Source of the DNA: Epiperipatus broadwayi
Taxonomy: Eukaryota; Animalia; Onychophora
NCBI GenBank assembly: GCA_028023455.1
Contig: JAQFVV010000009.1
Location: 3,348,001 to 3,412,000 of the forward strand
DNA length: 64,000 nt
Direction: 5' to 3'
Made by a program: the position numbers and the translations under genes. The notes beneath the pieces were generated by a model. The model made no database searches. It saw only the letters and a program-made list of their open reading frames with translations, and had not been told where the DNA came from. The first letter of the stretch is position 1. Every line of letters begins with the position of its first letter. Positions 39,690 through 53,649 of the stretch are shown here, piece by piece.

Positions 39690-42640
39690 TGAATCAATCA
39701 ATCAATAGTATTCTGTACAATAGACATATCCAGAGAGTAGTCATAATATCAATTCATCCATTCTTCCATTCCATTCTCTTCCTTGTCCATTTCTTCCTTT
39801 TCACATAAGTCTTCCCATCTCTTATATTATCCAATAATGTCAATCTCTTCCATCCTTTCTTTTTATTTCCACTCATCATTCCCTTCAAAACATCTTTCAT
39901 TAAACTATAATCTCTTCTCAATATATGTTCAATCCCTTTTCTCTCTCTGATATTCACAATCAATCTTCTTTTCTCATTTATTCTTTTCAAAACTTCTTCA
40001 TTTGTTATTTTACTCATCCAACTGATATTTTCTATTTTTCTCCATGTCTACATCTCAAAAGCTTCCAATTGTTTCTTAATTCTATTAATCAATGTCAATG
40101 TCTCACAACCAAACATTAATACACTCCACACATAACATTTAATTAATCTCTTCCTTAATTCTCTTTTCAAAGGCCCACAAAATATCTTCTTTTTCTTCAC
40201 AAAGGTACCCTTTGCCAATGCTATTCTTCTTTTAACTTCAACTTCACTTTTTCCATCCTCACTCAACCAATTACACAAATATCTAAATTCCTTCACCTGT
40301 TGAACCATGTCATCATGGATTCCAATTTGCAGTCTTTTTGCATCTCTCTCTCTCTATCCATAAACACATAGTCTTTTTCAATATTAATCTTCATTCTATA
40401 TGCCTTGCATCCTTCTTCCAATTTATTCAACATATCCAGAAAACCTTTTTCCTCCTCAGCAACAAGAGCCCTATCAACTGCAAATCTTATACCCTTTATT
40501 ACTCTCCCTACAACATTTTCTCCTTTTCAGTCCAAATAATTATTTAGCATATCTTCTAAATAAATATTAAACATAACAGATGACATACTACACCCTTGCC
40601 TAACTCCATTTTCTATATTCACTTCATCAGTCTCATTACTCCCAGATCTAACTCTTATTCTTTGATCATTATACATAGTCCAAATCAATCATCTTTCTTT
40701 CCAAAATACTTTTTTATCTCTTAAGATGAACCACAGTTTATTCCAGACTACTCTATCAAATGCCTGTTTTAAATCCACAAAACATATATCAATTCCTTTA
40801 TCTTTTTCAATATATCTTTCTTCAATTGTCCTAACAATACCAATAGCATCTCTTGTGTTTTCACTTTCCAAAAACCAAACTGTTCTTCATCAATATAATA
40901 ATCTACCTTTCCATAAATTCTTTGAATTAAAATCCTCAATAAAACTTTAGAAGCATGAGACAACAAACTTACTGTCCTATACTTTTCACATTTAGCAGTT
41001 TTCTTCTTTTTAGCAATTAGAATCATTATAGTTCTTAAAAAAATCTTCAGGTCAAACTCCACTATTTTATATCAAATTGCAAAGTCTAACTATTTCCTTC
41101 ATAGCAAATTCTCAGATTTTTCTCAAAAATTCTATAGGTATTGCATCAAATCCAATAGCCTTACCATTCTTCATTTGTGCAATTGCCTTTCTTACTTTAT
41201 CCAACAATATGTTCATATCTCTATCATCTATTTTAACATCTTAATTTTCAAGTTCATAATTAATTAAATTACTTCCTCTACTAAACAGACATTGAAGATA
41301 TTCTTCCCATCTTTTTAATATATCATTACTATCAGTTAATCTCCTTCCATTCTTATCTGCAATCTCATTTGCTACCCATGTCTTTTTCTCCCAATTAATA
41401 TTTCATATTTGATCAAATACCAGATCATATCTTTTCACCTGTTGAAGCCTTTCTATCTTTTTACATTCTTGCTCCAACCACTTTTCTTTTGTTTAATCTG
41501 TTTTTCTTCTTAGTTCATTATTAAATTTCCTATATGCCTTTTGCTTTTCCTCAGTATTTCCATTCTTTCATTGTCTCCACACTTCCAACTTTTCCAACAT
41601 ACCTTAAGTTATCCAAGGTCATTTAGCTTTCCTTGCATGAATAATATCTATTTCATTTTTTGCTGTTTTCAAGAAGCCTTTTTTAATTTTATTCCATCAC
41701 TCATCAGGCTATTAATATATTTCTCATCCTGAACAATCCTTTTAAATTCATTTTCACATACTAAACCAAATTTTCCATTTTTCATTTGTCTCAATTTTTT
41801 AAAACTCAACTTTAATTTAGCCATAACAAAGTTATGATCTAAATCTCTATCAGCTCTAGACAAAGCATGTGAACATTTTATAGCATTCTTATATCTATTC
41901 TGAATCAATATATAATCAATTTGATAATGTTCTCTGTCATCTTCTAATATGATTTTTAAAACAATTGTTTGAAATGACAAACCCATTCTCTTTACAAAAT
42001 TGTACAAGCTGACTACCTCTTTTATTTCTTTTTTCAATATCATAATTTCCAACAATTTTCCCTTACCTACTTTTCCCACCACAGCATTCCAATCCCCCAA
42101 TAGCAATATACATGCATTTTTTCTTCACATTGAATACTTTCTTCTATCTTCTACATTTAATCAATTTCAATATCATCATGACTACTAGTTGGCATATAAA
42201 CTTGTATAATTGCCAAATCCCTAGGACTTTCATTTATTCTCATCACCATCAGTCTATTGTTAATACAATCAACCTTTGCCACACTATTCCAAATTTTCTT
42301 CCCCATAGCAATGCCAACTCCATTAATTGACCCTTCACCACCTGAATAAAATAACTTTACATCTTCACTACTTACTTCTTCACATCCCTCCCACCTCACT
42401 TCACTTAATACCATAGCATCAATATTATTTATGTGCAACTCTCTTTTCAAATTTCTCCAATTTCCCACCTTTCCTCAAAGATCTAACATTCCATGTTCCA
42501 ACTCTCAATGTATCTTCCCTCAATGAATTTATATTTATGAGGATTTTGCAGGTTGATGACATGAGTAGTCTCATGTCCATTCCTGCTGGGCAAGACATCA
42601 AATTCATTCTTAACAAAGGTCTCAACACCAAACATAATGA
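39690..42640 (-). mobile_element. RTE-clade LINE, near full length (APE endonuclease plus RT), inactivated
   Basis: ORF pieces read LRVGTWNVRSL, LSEVRWEG, IIQVYMPTS, GDWNAV, QIDYIL, DHNFV, YRTVSLLSHASKVLLRIL, FVDLKQAFDRV and QVKEFRYL...EVKRRIA. It ends in an (attg)n tail at about 39690-39705. Confidence 0.92.
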
Positions 42641-44590
42641 TTCCTGTAAACATACTCATAATTAATTACTTACGTTAAATCACTTTTCCCAATTGAAATA
42701 TGTGCAGTTGTTCTTTTTTTAATCATGCAGTTAGTAATTCTTTTGATTTTTATCAAAACACATATTACTGATATCTTGATTTGTACAAGTCTATTGAATG
42801 TATTAATACCTATAGGCTGGACAAAAAAAATGGAATACCTTTAAAGTTGGAATGGAAAAAAAAAGATATAGATTAATATACACTTAATAACAAAAATGAT
42901 GCAGGAATACGTTTTGTTAGATCATTATTTTTAAATTGTCAATACATTTTTTAAGCTGCCAAACACCAATTACATATTATTGAATAATGTTCATAAAAAC
43001 CAGTAAAAGACAGTAAATGACATTTGCAGATATCTTTAAATAACACTCACAGACATTAAAATGATTACTTTCTTATCATAAAATTATAAAAAAACTGGAT
43101 TTAATACTAAAACATTGCAGGTTAGATTGAGAAACTTTAAATAAAAATGAAAAAGAGCTAGTAATCTAATAAATGTACTTATTGTTGTAATAATAATAAT
43201 AGAAATTATTTGAAGTTATGATTATGTTAAAATAATTAAAAAGAAATTTGAAATATTTAGCAAAGAACATCACAATAGACGAGAAACTAATTTCAAAGAA
43301 AAAAGAGAAGTCAAAAAGAATAAAAAAAATTTAAAAGAGCCGAATAGAAAATTTTAAAAGGCAATCACCAAAAATAAGGACCAATATAACAACAATAGAA
43401 AAACAAGAGCTAATTTTCAAGATATTAAAAAAAAAATTCTATATATAAAATAGAGTTGCTAGAAAATGCTAATAAAAGAATAACAACATATAAAAATAAA
43501 AATAAATGTGAAAACATTCAGAAGAGCTATACACAAAGATATACTTCATATAAAATAATTTTCAATAACAAAAGATGAGCCAAATTAATCTTAACAAATA
43601 AAAATAAACACAGATGGATATACAATTTGTTTTCACTGATGATCAAGGGACTAGATGCATCATTAATAATATTCAATGAATAATTGGGGTGGGGGTGGGG
43701 GCAAGGAATACCAAAAAGAAATTTGTATGTGCTTTATTGGTTGCAACAAGAGTTTGGATTCATTTCTTTTATAAGAAATCTATATATAAAATCAAAAGTT
43801 ATAGTTGAATGGGTTACAATGAAACAAAATGATTTCTTATTGAAGAAAATAGTCAGTATTATATTTTGTTATCCTATTACTCAACCTATATATGAGGGAA
43901 ACCAAATTTGTTTAAGATATACAGATTGAAGATTAAAACATTATAAAACTCAGATTTTCTGATGCCATTACACTTACAATTGAAAATGTTAAAGATTTCA
44001 TGGCTTTTATTAGAAAAATATTTAAAAGGGGAAACAATTAAACTTAAGGCTAAATATGAAGAAGACAAAGTACTTAATGCCAGCTAGAAACTGATTTTAA
44101 AAATAATAAATATATAGAAGCTGTTAAAAACTTGGTTTCAACTAAATGAATCTAATTAAGTCATTCTGAAAAAATACTGTTCTTAATGCCAATGAACAGT
44201 TTCTAACAATAATAGCAATACAAATAAAGATAACTCTATAAAAACATCTAATTAAATTTTAATTCCTTTTTCTCATATATGCTATATTGATTAATGTGTT
44301 CAACAATTTAATTTATCCAGTTACTCATCAAAAATCTATATTATATTTTCATAATGTTTCATCAACCTCTAGATATGCATTTTGAAGTATCAATTCTAGG
44401 CACACACTCTGAAAAAATATGTAGATAAAATTAAATAAATTCAAGAAGTAACATGCTTTTTATGGATTGCTACTATTTTCTAATTTGCAAGATATGAATG
44501 TAATTTGAAGTGGATTGTACTATGTATTAATTCAAAACTATATTTAATTAATAAAAAAACTGTAATATAAATTACTAATAAAAGATGCTA

Positions 44591-44940
44591 GAGAACAAAA
44601 ATATGGTTTGATGCTAACATTATTTACTGGAAAATCTTTTTATCTATTCAAATTTTTTATCATTTTACATTGCTAAATTTTTATAATTTTAAACTAAATT
44701 CAAAACATTTTTCCTTCTCATAAATATCAAATAATTAATTTGTTAAAGTTAAGTAAAAGAACTGCACAGAGTCCCAATATGGAACAAGAATATAGCTTGA
44801 TGCTAGAAAAATTTATTAGCTATTCAAATTTTTTATCAGTTCCACATTGTTAATTTTTTATAATTTTGAATTAAATTAAAACATTTTTTCTTTTTATAAA
44901 TATTACATAATTGAATTTTTTTAAAGCTAAATAAAGAAAT
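44591..44940. repeat. Diverged direct duplication, about 170-190-bp unit x2
   Basis: gaacaa.aatat.g.ttgatgcta ... ctattcaaattttttatca ... ttttataatttt.aa.taaatt.aaaacatttt occurs twice. Confidence 0.75.
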
Positions 44941-45471
44941 TTAGCTATTTGTAAGCCTGCAACAATTAAAAATGCTAAAATGGAAAAAACATTTTTGTAT
45001 TGCACATTATTTCAAAAGTTTACTAAATTAATAAAAAAACAAACAAACCCGAATTTTACTGGAGTGGTAATAATTATCAGAAAATGTCTTAAGTCCAATA
45101 GTATGGCAATAGAATGTGAAGAAATATATGTGTATATACATAAGCAGTCAACAGTGAATTAAAAAGTTATTATCAATTAATATACAAAAATATACACATA
45201 TATAGAATTGCTTTAAATATTACATTTTAAAAATGTATATAATATCAAATGTACAAATATTGTATTTAAAATTATAAAAAGCATGTATAAACTTTGCAAT
45301 TAAGAAACATATAAAAAAGGATATGTACCAAACATTTTAATTTTTTATATGAAATATAAACCAAATATAAGAAGAGATAAAACTATTTCTTTTTTAGTTT
45401 ATATATTTAGTCTATCTGAAATACATATATTAATGTTACTATCTATTGATTAAAACAGAGTAGCATGATAA

Positions 45472-45789
45472 AATTGAGCTAAATTTTTTTTATATTAAAT
45501 GCTTTTATTGACTGTGCATTAAAAAGAAATAAAATAATTGTTTCTTTAATCACAATTGGAGTTTTTAGATTTAACTTGAAATAAAAGCATTAGGGTGGTG
45601 GTCCAAAAATTAATTAAGTTAATCCCTTGTTATAAAAAAATAGGAATTAAGTTAATTAATTTCTGGACCCCCTCTCATGCTTTTATTTTAAGTTAAATCT
45701 AAAAATTCCCATTGTGATTGAAATTGTTTTATTTCTTTTTAGTACACAGTCAATAAAAGCAATTAATATATAAATTTTTTATCTCTATT
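45472..45789. mobile_element. Foldback element / MITE: about 150-bp inverted arms with a 14-nt loop
   Basis: 45472-45627 pairs with 45642-45789 (for example gcttttattgactgtg / cacagtcaataaaagc and tttttagatttaactt / aagttaaatctaaaaa). Confidence 0.85.
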
Positions 45790-47802
45790 AATTTTAAGTT
45801 TTTAGTATTGGCACTGTAAATGAAAATTTAAAACTATATCACATTTTAAAGTGACTGGACACTTATAGCTGATATATATATCACTAGTTATTTCTGCTCT
45901 AAGTTAAAATGTATACCATTTATGTATATATCATATTTAGTATGTATATATAGTATATGTGTATCACTTACTACATAAAGTTTTACTTTAAGTCAATATC
46001 ACAACTATAGTTAATGTAAGTCATTAGATATTTCTGCATAAGTTAATATACATATAATCTTAATGTTATATAAATTTATTTTATACTCTTAATGTATATA
46101 TTATATTTAGTAGGTGTACTAATTATAATTGCAGTTTGTAATGTTATAATTGACTATTTATTAATCTGCATTCAGAACAGATTATATTTATCTATTTAAC
46201 TAACCCATCTACTCAAAGGATGGATCCACGTCTGAGAAATTTAGATATTAAATTTGTATTTTTTGCCCTTTATTGAGAAATTTTGCTACCATTCTTTTTT
46301 TACAGCTTTAAAATTCATGTAAAATGTTTTCTAATATTTTAATTTTAAAAAAATTCAAAAGATGTCAGGATAATTGAATAAGTAGGAATTTCAAAATATT
46401 TGAAGCCACACATTGATGCCTAGCATTTGAATGCTTGAACTTTATGAAATTACTTCAAGAAAAATCTAAAAACTTGATTTTTTGGAAAGTTTATAATTAT
46501 TTTTGAATTGTAATTGTATAATAATAATTATTAGAAATTAAAAATATATATTATAGATTTATTTTTTACAGAAATGTTTTATTTTTAAATATAAAAAAAT
46601 ATATTCTTATGTGTAACATTACCATAGAGATTACAGTCATGGGAATACAACTCTAGAAATGATGTCACTCAACAGATTGTTATAACATTTAGCAGTATTG
46701 TAAAAATAATGAAAAAATTCCAAAATTTTAAGGCATAAATTGATAGATTTACTAGATATTAAAAATAATTCATTCAGATTTTTAAAACAAACATAAAGCA
46801 AATAAGATTTCATTCATTTTGCAAATTGAATTTGCTCCCCCTGAAATTTGATGATGTGACAGCATTTTGTTTTGCTTAAAATCTAATTTTTTAAATAATT
46901 TCAAAAATCAAATGTGATTTTTTAAAATTTATTTAATTTTTAAATAAAAATATCTATCAAATGAGGTCAAATTTATTATATTATGATAAATAATAATAGT
47001 TTAATATTAAAATGAAAGTTGAAAGCTTAAATATAGTCAGAACAAAGAAATCTGTCAGAAGGTTAGAAGTGTGCAAGAGGGTTAAGGAGGTTTATTTAAA
47101 TTTCTTTGTATCAATAATTTCAATCTCTGTGGTAAAATTGCAAACTTAAGTATATTGGACCATAAATAAAGATGGGATTCCACCATATTGTTAAAAGGAG
47201 ATTGCCTTGACAACAGTTTAAGATTGTTATTAACATTGGAATTGTCTAAGTGCTGTCTGGTTTTAATGATAATTATATATGTATAATAAATCAGTAATCA
47301 AGTTTTCTATTTAAATTAATAGATTTATTTTTATTTTAGAATTGTTGTTTTTTTAAAAAATGCTAAAGAAAACAATTCACAATTTTTTTAATTTTTTGAG
47401 ATTGTTTTAAATCATGCAAGTGTTCTAATTTACTTTTTTTTAACAATTGTTTTAAAATAAAAATAAAAACAATTTTAAATAAAAAGTTTAGTTAAGTACA
47501 TATATTAAATATGGTATATGTATATTAAGAGTTTAACATTGTTTAGAAAATAATTGAAAGAAAAAATTTTTAAACTGTCCTCTCATGACCATTATTTAAA
47601 ACAAATGAAAATTCTAGGAATACTTGTTAAATATGATAAGTGAAATTATTGAACATTTTTCATATTCTTCCTGCTGTCTCTTTTATATCTATAAAACTAG
47701 TTGACATACTGAAAAGATGTGTTTCAAATGAATTAGGGCAATATAACTTAGTTATATATCAATTTTCAATCAATTCTATTGAATTAAATATATTAAACAT
47801 AT

Positions 47803-49330
47803 ATTATTATTATTATTATTATTATTATCATTATCAATGAACTGCAGGATTAAGGTGTCTCCATGTTCAATCCATATTCTCTCATCTCTAGTCTCTCATC
47901 TCCACATCACCCCAACATACTTCTCTATTTTATCCACCCATTTTATACAATGTCATAGAATCCAGTTTAATATTTCAACTGCCCATCTATTATCATCTTT
48001 CCTAACAATATGTCCATTCCAATTCTACTTTAATCTCTTAATTCTCAATGATGTCAATATTATCTGTTTGTTCTCTCATCACTATTTCATTTTTGATCTG
48101 CTTTTGTTACTCATACCATACATCTCTCCTTATTTCATTGAGTGGTCTGAAGTCTCTGTATTGCTCTTCTGTTAAATATCCAAGTTTCAGATCTGTAAGT
48201 AAGAACTGGTGACATACATTTATTAAAAACTTTCCTTTTCAAACACATAGGCACATTTTCTTTTAATATTAAATCACTTCTACCAAAAACACTTTAACTA
48301 AGTTTAATTCTATAATTAATTTCATCCATTATGTTTTTGTCTATAGCAATAATCTGACCAAGATATTTGTAATTGTTAACTTCTTCTAATTCAGCATTAT
48401 CAATCTTTATTTTTTCTTTTGAGAAAATCCATTAAACATTACTTTAGTCTTTTTAGCATTTACCTTTAATCCTACTTTCTTACTTTTATCATATGTCTTT
48501 TGCAATATGTCCTGAAGATCTAAAGCATTATTTTCAGATATAATTACATCATCTGTAAAATCTAGATGACTTAAATAAACTCCATTTACTTTTGTTCCCT
48601 TAGCTTCCCATTTTAATCCAGAAAATACTTCTTGAAAAATTGCTGTAAAAAGTTTTGGAGATATGGAATTACCCTGTCAAACACCCTTTTCAATATTAAT
48701 CTTTTTAGTATCATTATGTAATCTAATAATTGCTGTTATGTTTTTATAATCCTGGTTTTATATCTTGATGATCCAATGCTTTAATCACTAAAGAAATGCC
48801 TACAGAATTAAATGTATTTTCATAATCTACAAATCCAAAGCATAATGGCAACTCATATTTATTGATCATTTCTATAACTACTCCCAGTATTTAAGATATA
48901 ATCTACTGTACTAAAATAACTTTAAAATCCAGCTTGTTCTTTTGGTTGGTTAAAATCTAAAGTTTGCTGTACATGGATTATAATTATTTTGGTAAACATT
49001 TTGTATAGAATTGATAAAAGGCTGATAGGTCTGTAGTTTCTAATATCTTCTTTATCACCTTTTTAAACAGTCTTCCAATCACCTGGTATATCTTTATCAT
49101 TTAGACATTTGGTATAAACTTTGCCAAAAAATGTTTTATTTCTTCTCCTGTTTTTTTTAAGATATGTTATAATTCCATTATTAACTGGAGTTGTCCCTTC
49201 TTCATAAATTTAATTTTTCTTTCTGAATTATCTCTCTTATGTTAACCGCAGATATTGAAAGTTGAGTTATTATTAAGGCACAATATATAATAGTTTTTTT
49301 GTTTAATTTATTGTTCCTTTATTATTTTCA
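47803..49330 (-). mobile_element. RTE-clade LINE 3' half with (TAA)n tail
   Basis: The minus strand carries GV.QGNSISPKLF (about 48655-48685), YKYLGQII, VLPVLTYRSETW and IEKYVGVMW...IWIEHGDTL. The microsatellite tail is at 47803-47835. Confidence 0.85.
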
Positions 49331-49659
49331 TGTTAATTAATTAGCTATTGAAAATTTTATTTTTTGTAATATTTATAGCATTCTTTAAAACTTTTTGATT
49401 ATTGTAGTTACAAAACTGTATGTCAAATGGTTGCTGTAAAAAAGTAGCCATATTAATTTTCATGTGTTTTTTTATCACCATCAAAAAAATCTCAGATTCT
49501 CTCCTCTCACTATGCATTATAAATGTTTTATTCAATTTCCATTCTCTTTTGACTTCACTTGTTGAACACACTCTGTATGACCATGACTCACATTAATTGA
49601 TTTTATCTTGTTTGATAATTTGGTCATAAAGTCAATAGTTAATTTTATACTTGTAATTA

Positions 49660-50000
49660 ATTTATTTGTTTTCAGAATTTCAACTATCAAGTAATTTTTA
49701 CTATGTAGAAAATTTTGTCCATTGTAGGCTACTAATTATTGACAAATCCCTATGCAGAAAAAAACAAAAACAATTTCATTATTACCTATTAAATAAAGGA
49801 AATTTGGCATATTTTGTTACTGCACAAGTTTCTGTGATGTATCTATACTCTTGCATTTAAAATAAATATGTTCTTACACTTCCATTTTTAACTTGAGAGT
49901 GACATTTTCAGGTAGTGTTATTAATATGTAGAATTGTGGAGGTATATTTTCTAAGTTTAACATTTTAGCATGGTAAGCAATCTATTCATCATGATTAAAT
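49660..50000 (+). mobile_element. Possible piggyBac-like transposase remnant
   Basis: ORF text LLIIDKSLCRKKQKQFHYYLLNK resembles the L.IDESL..KGR..F..Y.P.K motif. Short and degenerate. Confidence 0.3.
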
Positions 50001-52774
50001 TCTGATGAGTTGCTGGAGTTTGCGCATGAATCAACAAGTTATAAATTCTATCACCATCACAAGATATTATTATTCAAAAACCTTGATTTGGATTTTGCAA
50101 ATAAAAACCAAATTTTAATGCTGAGCAAATGAAATTTTATAAATGCTCTTATTCATAATTAATCAAACCAGAAATGTTGGGGGGAATAAAAAAATTGAAG
50201 ACCTACTTTCTCTAGCAAACAACAGTTTTCACAGAGACTAAACTCTCCATATAGTAACACCACTCAGTGCAAACCACACTGTTTTCAATAATAAATCAAA
50301 CTGCATGAAAATTTTTATAATAATTAAATAAGAAAAAATCCCCAATCAAACAAGTGGAAGGATTTTACTAAACATTCATAAAAAGCTTATGCTGAATTTG
50401 AAAAAAAAAAAACTTTATATCTTATATGAGCATAGATAAAACTTCCTGAAATAAATCCATTTTAGAGTAAAATACACTCCAACAATCCATCACAGAGAAA
50501 TAATGAAAGAATATGCAGTACTAACGACCTTAATTACTATTTGGGTAGTAGTGTTTCATCTTTCTTTTATGCTTTAACCAAGAATAGCTAGATACCTATT
50601 TACCAATGAACATTGGATGATTTCTGGGTTGACTCTGAGTCAGAAACATAAAAGAACAATTGTAAGCCTATTGAAAAAAAAAAACTTTTAATTCCAACCT
50701 AAACTGTAAGTATAGCAAGTGAATGAGATACCATTATATCATTTGACTCTATATCTATAAAGGATATATTACTCTTTAATTGAATTTAAAGATTAGATCC
50801 AAACAGAAAAGTAAATAAATTAGAGCCTAATAAAAAATTATTGGTAAATTATCAGTAATATTTATCCTAGATAATATCATTAAAATGAATACATTTAAAT
50901 GGAACCACAAATTGAATTATAATTATTTGTTATGAATAAATATAAAACTAGTATAATGAACATGTGAGAATGAGGATCTGAGCCAACTAACTAAGGCAGA
51001 TTCCGCTAAAAATGTGTCTTGGGATCATTTCCTTTTTATGTAATCGTAAGTTCTTATCCGTATAGTTTTAAGGAATATGTTGAATTTAAACGTTTCATTT
51101 AAATATATATTAAAGTAACTTGAGGGTTAGAAATCCAGACTGTAGCTAAATATCAAAGACCAGGAGATTTGTTAAACAGCTGATTCATAATTATTTCTGT
51201 CATTGATTAATAATGGTTAGGTAGCTGCTCTTAGTAGGAATATAATTCTATAGGATTCTATGTAAGAATACCAGTAGCGTTAAAAAAGAATAAGTCTTCA
51301 TCTTTGTGGTGAAAAAAGAATGTTATATTTTTAATATAAGAAAAGAAAGTGAGTGACTACTTGCTTTTAAGTCATCAGACAAAGAATATATTATTATTTA
51401 AGCATATATTAAAATACATTATTTTAGAAATGAACGCAATTCTTTTTATAATGCATTTTAATCCTTCCTCTTCTCCATAGTATTTGGAAAATACTCATTT
51501 TTTAAAAATCTTAATTATATATAAATCTTTTTTACTAATCAAAGATTTACGAATGATTACAGTATTTACATTTCACTAATTAAAAATGCTAAACCCAAAC
51601 AATTGTCATGTTCTTTTACTGCTTTCTGTTTTTTTTCCCCTCTCTTAATTACAATCAACATAATTATTAGATTGACTAGAGTTGTAGCATGTGACCTTAA
51701 TTTACTCTTTGCTGTCTTTTAATCAAAAAATGCTTACAGAGTCTTAAGTAATTTAAATGTCATCTACTGTATTTATTTTGTAAAATATTTAATGGTTTAA
51801 ATAATAAAGTAAATTCTTTTTCTCAAATTCTTTTCATTACTTTTTATTAACAGTTTTATGTCCACGTCTAATACCACCTCTATTATAATAATCATAAATT
51901 AATGTACAGAAATAGACACAATATCTTTTTAATTACTATTTTTTATTTTATAATAAAGTAAAATTGAATTTTGTACTTTTTTTTTAATACTAAGTGACAA
52001 TCTGTAACACTTCTGGTATTCATATGATTCGAATTTAACCAGAATGATCTATCAACTGCTGTATTTCTCTATTATGACCAAAATGGGACAGTTTTGCCTT
52101 TCCACAGTAACTATTAGCCTCTACAAAGATTTATTCATATTAGTGTCAGAAAAAATGTGACAGGATAACTTTTTATATATATTCAGTGAATACAATAAGA
52201 CTATAATGGCAAAATAAAAGTTTTTTTTTTTTTATTGGGGAGATGAACAAAACCCAAGCATCATACTAGTATCTGAGAAGGAGAGATTCATTCATAGCAT
52301 TATTTGCCCAAATTTGTTTATATAATCTGATGGAGGTCAATTTTTTAACACATTTTCTTATTATGTTATGTTTATTATAGATTTATTTTGATGTCTTGTG
52401 GGTATTAACATCTAGTGCACTAGAGGACAAATAAAATGAAAATGGAAAGATAAGACTCAAGGAAAAGAAAACATTAAAAAAAGTTAGCAAATAATAAGAA
52501 TGGCTCAGAATCTGGTGAGAAAACATCATGTAATCTGTACCCTAATAAGTTGCTAGGCAAAGTGCTAACTTAATATATGATTTATTATTCATTTTGTTTG
52601 TGATGCATCAAAAATGTTACATCTAAAAGATAAGTTTGGTAGGACATTAAGATTTAATTTGATTATTTAAAAAAATCAAAACATTTAGGTTTTAGTGATC
52701 AGAGTTAAGTGACATTAATTCTCTATTATTAATCCTCTATGTGTCTCAAGGGATACTGCTAAAGATAAATATAA

Positions 52775-53649
52775 TATGAGATGAATACCCCCTCCCCAAA
52801 TGGAATTTTGTAATAAAAAATTGTATATTTATTTTTAAGTTTTACAAACTGAATTTTCTTCATCAAGTACATCTGATGCAATACATTGGTCTAAATATAT
52901 TTTCTACTTTTCAGAACAATTCTGAAACTTTTGAAAAGTGATGTCTTTTAATACCTCCAACATTTTGTTTTCATTACTTCCAGTCAGCAAAACTTTTTTA
53001 TTTAAGGCATTTTTTCATTTGTGGGAATAAAAATCACATGGAACAATATCAGGTGAATATTATTGATAGATAAGTTGGATCATGCTGCTTTTGATTGAAA
53101 ATTGGTACACACTCAAAGTTATGTCAGCTGGTACATTGTTGTGGTAAAGTCGGCACTCCCCACTTTTCCCAAATCAAGAAATTTTCATTTTACCACATCA
53201 TATAAATGTTTCAGAAATACTGAGTGAACAATATTTATGTCAAAAAAAAAAACACCATCATCTTGACATTTAACTTCCCATACCAAGCTTTTGTGGGATG
53301 TAGTAAATTTGAACTCTTCCATTAAATACCACTCATAAACTTGTGATCTCCCCAAAACAGCTTACTTGTAAGTTGTATCAAGCATTACAATTGGGTTTCC
53401 CTGCCATTTTTTTCTAACAGTAAACAGAATTTCACATTGTAAAAGCTTTCCAGTTATCACAAAAAATAAAAAAATAAGTGAAATGCACTTAACAAAAAAT
53501 TTTCAACATGGTGCCACAACTTCACTCTATGATGCTGGTTGATATATTAATGCAGGGAAGAGTGCATGAGGTATCTGGCAGTGGAAGTATGTACTATAAT
53601 GCACTTATCTATCAGAGAATGATTCTGGTTCTTTTGGATATCCCTCATA
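52775..53649 (-). mobile_element. mariner transposon, internally deleted fossil
   Basis: Minus strand gives NVKFCLLL..., LGRSQVYEW (HTH), a deletion, WKSS...NVKMMVFFFFD, HNNVPA (HDNAPAH), YSPDIVPCDF and YLDQCIASD. Both ends read TA-TGAG (decayed TA-CGAG). Confidence 0.85.

Noticed and set aside
42811-42960. tataggctggacaaaaaa resembling a Tc1-like TIR
   Set aside because: I found no matching opposite end and no transposase remnant.
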